DNA from: Pelagomonas calceolata
Lineage: Eukaryota
DNA: 64,000 nucleotides
NCBI GenBank assembly: GCA_918797485.1
Contig: CAKKNE010000004.1
Coordinates: forward strand, 2,542,001-2,606,000
Reading direction: 5' to 3'
In this document: positions 61,713 to 64,000 of the stretch, piece after piece
How positions within the stretch are numbered: position 1 is the stretch's first letter
Layout of the letters: every line of letters begins with the position of its first letter
Program-made: the position numbers and the translations under genes
Notes under the pieces: model-generated
What the model was told of the DNA's origin: nothing
What the model saw: the letters and a program-made list of their open reading frames with translations, nothing else
Databases searched by the model: none

Positions 61713-63662
61713 ATGGCGCGCGTCGCCTACCTCGTAGCCCTGGCCAGCGCCCTCGCACCAAACCGCTGGGACGCCCCGCCGCACACGTCGCGCGAGCTCC
61801 AGCGGGCGCTGGGCGCGTGCCCCACGGCCGACGCCGCCTGCGCGCTGCTGCAGGAGCGGGCAGATGACGGCAACGAGGTCAACGTCGCCGCGACGCTCGT
61901 CCGCGCCGCGCGCGAGGGCGCCTCGCGAAGTACGTTACGGTACCTTTACGGCGCGTGCCGCGCGTCGGCGGGCCGCATGGCGCCGCGCCAGCTCGCGAAC
62001 GCCGCGCGCGCGCTGCGCCTCGCGGACGACGACGAGACTGCTGAGAGAGAGGCCGCGCTGGTCGCCGTCTGCGCGTGCGTCGCCATGACGCCGCCCGCGG
62101 AGTGGACGAACGCGCGCGAGGTTGCCATGGCGGCCTGGGCCTGCGGCGACGCCTGCGCCAAGGGCCGCGCCGACGAGCAGGCGGTATACGCGCTGCGGAC
62201 GCTCTCGAACGCCGCGCCGCGGGGCTTCGCGGCGCGCGAGGCGAGCGACGTGGCCTGGGGCCTCGCTGCGGCGCGCGAGCGGCTGCTGCCGCCCGCGGCG
62301 ACGGACAACGCGACGGTCGCCGACGTCGCGGCCTTCCTCGACCGCCTCGCGGACCACGCGCGGTCGGTACCCTACGCGCCGCGCGACGTGGCGACGGCGC
62401 TCTGGGCCTGCGCGAAGATCGCCGAGGCGGTCGAGAGCTGTGTGGAAATCAACCAATGAGTTAGGTTATTGTCGCGTCGATGGCCTGGAAACTTCACGCC
62501 ATCGAGCAGACGCAGCTACGGAGAAAATATCGCGTCGATGGCGTGGATCGCCCGAAATTTGATGTCCGCACAGGACTGGCGCGCCCAGGCGGCTTCACTA
62601 CGAGCCGTCGCCGCGCTGCGCGCCAACGCGGACCGCATCAAGGGCCCGTGGCCGCCGCGCGACGCCGCGCAGGCGGCCGCGGCCGTCGCGAGCGCCGCCG
62701 TCGACGCGCCGGAGGTCCTCGACCGCGCGACGGCCGCGGCCGCGCGGGGCTGCGACCGCTGGTCGCTGCGGGACGTGGCCGACGTCCTCTGGGCCTGCGC
62801 GAGGCTGGATCGGCCGCCGGCCGCCGACGCCGTCGCGGCGCTCTGCGGGGCGCGTGCCGTCCGGCGGGCGAGCGACGGGGCGCCGCCGAACACGCGCGGG
62901 CGCGCCGAGCTCTGCAGCGTCGCCTGGGCGGCCGCGTGCCTGGCCCACGAATCGCCGCAGCACCTGGTCGCGGCCGTCGACACCGTCGCCGCGGCCCACG
63001 GGGCCTTGGCCGCGGACGCCGACGACGACGGCGCGCGCGACGTGGGCAGTTCGACGCTGGGCGACGCGCCGACGCCGCCCGGCGCGCCGATGGCGCGGAC
63101 GCGGCGGCTACGCGCGCTCCACCACGCGCGCCTGGCGCTGGCGGCGGCCGGCGCGTCGGAAGAGCAACTGCAGACAGTCGACGCCGCGACGACCAATGAA
63201 TTGAGGCGGGCTGCCCGCGCGGCCTGGACGAGGCGGCCGTCGGCGCCGTCGTCGCGGCACGAGGCCGTGTCCAAGGTACTCCGGGGCATGAAGGCGCAGC
63301 ACGGCGTCGTGGCGACCGCGCACGACGAGCACGGCGGCCTCGCCGTCGACGTGCTCGTACGATTGCCCGACGGCCGCGCGGTCGCCGTCGAGGTCGACGG
63401 GCCGTCGCACTTCTGCGCCGACGACCCGAAGCGGCCGCTCGGCCACACGCGACTCAAGCGGCGGCTGCTCGAGCACGCGGGCCTCGAGGCCGTGTCGGTG
63501 CCCTACTACGAGTGGGACCGCATCCCGCACTGGTCCTCGATGGAGCGCGAGCGCTACCTGCAGCGGAAGCTGGGCATCACGACGCGGCTCGTCTACGACG
63601 GCGGCGACTCGTCGTCGTTCGCGCCGCTCGAGGGCGAGCGGGGGGCGAGCCGGTTGGCGTAG
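61713..63662 (+). CDS. Helical-repeat (OPR/FASTK-like) RAP-domain protein, probably plastid-targeted
   Basis: Repeated DVA..LWA helices; VAVEVDGPSHF and VPYYEW RAP motifs; signal-like leader; intron 62430-62573. Confidence 0.88.
62430..62573 (+). mobile_element. Introner-like intron (144 nt)
   Basis: GTCGAGAG + CTGTGTGGAAATCAA ... TTGATGTCCGCACAG; internal CGCGTCGATGGC motifs. Confidence 0.85.
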
Positions 63663-63902
63663 TCCTCCTTCCTTTTTTCCTGAGAGAGTAACGTTTGGTT
63701 TGTGTTGATGCAATGAGTGCGTACAACCGCGTGGGAAAAAAACAACACCGCAGCCATCCCCCGCCCTCACCCCTCCCCGCCCAATCCCATCCACTCTTCC
63801 CCTCCTCCCTCCCTTCCTCCGTCGTAACAACCCTATCATAATAATATATATATGACCAGTAGCGAACGGAACGATACTCAAGCGTGGCTGCTAAGCGGAT
63901 TC

Positions 63903-63926
63903 CTAGTGTGTTTAACAGGCCGCTAG
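63903..63926 (+). promoter_or_regulatory. Recurrent intergenic CTAG-box motif (variant)
   Basis: CTAGTGTGTTTAACAGGCCGCTAG; the gene it may serve would lie outside the window. Confidence 0.5.
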
Positions 63927-64000
63927 CTAGCGTAGCACAAGAGCTCCAGAGCATCGCACCGATCACTTTGCGGTGGATGCGATAGAAAATGAGGCGCCTC

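Noticed and set aside
28281..62573. Frame breaks in the FN3-PA, GlyRS, kinase-phosphatase and RAP genes as pseudogenes or programmed frameshifts
   Set aside because: Each is resolved by a short GT-AG or GC-AG intron that restores conserved motifs.
63760..63825. C-rich tract (G-rich on the minus strand)
   Set aside because: Low-complexity 3' flank; no regular unit or further support for a function.
1..64000. Many long overlapping or antisense ORFs rich in R/A/P/G, and GTG/TTG starts in the ORF track
   Set aside because: Expected shadow frames of high-GC coding DNA; eukaryotic genes were called from ATG and recognisable motifs.

Overview
Gene-dense, GC-rich eukaryotic DNA with about 30 compact genes. 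It looks like a pelagophyte stramenopile alga (Pelagomonas/Aureococcus-like); this is an inference from bipartite plastid-type leaders, introner-type introns, GC level and gene content. No rRNA, tRNA or CRISPR array was seen. Highlights: (1) A ~165-nt insertion flanked by a target-site-like direct repeat, with its empty site visible at 14510-14526. It carries a complete hammerhead-ribozyme core in a non-circularly permuted strand order, in two copies at ~16987-17061 and ~19617-19691. (2) A 20-24 bp motif CTAGTGT(C/G)TTACA-N-CGCTAG seen 12-13 times, only in promoter-side intergenic gaps. (3) Introner-like introns whose GT/GC donor lies 8 nt outside a terminal inverted repeat that ends in the AG acceptor. 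(4) A 2630-bp-period tandem array of three CCCH zinc-finger genes with a chimeric middle copy and intron presence/length polymorphism. (5) Unusual domain fusions: PH-SH3-Pelle-like kinase-inositol 5-phosphatase, EF-hand-Ig-cNMP-RGS, and CAP-Gly and PDZ formins. Domain calls come from motif recognition by eye, not database searches.
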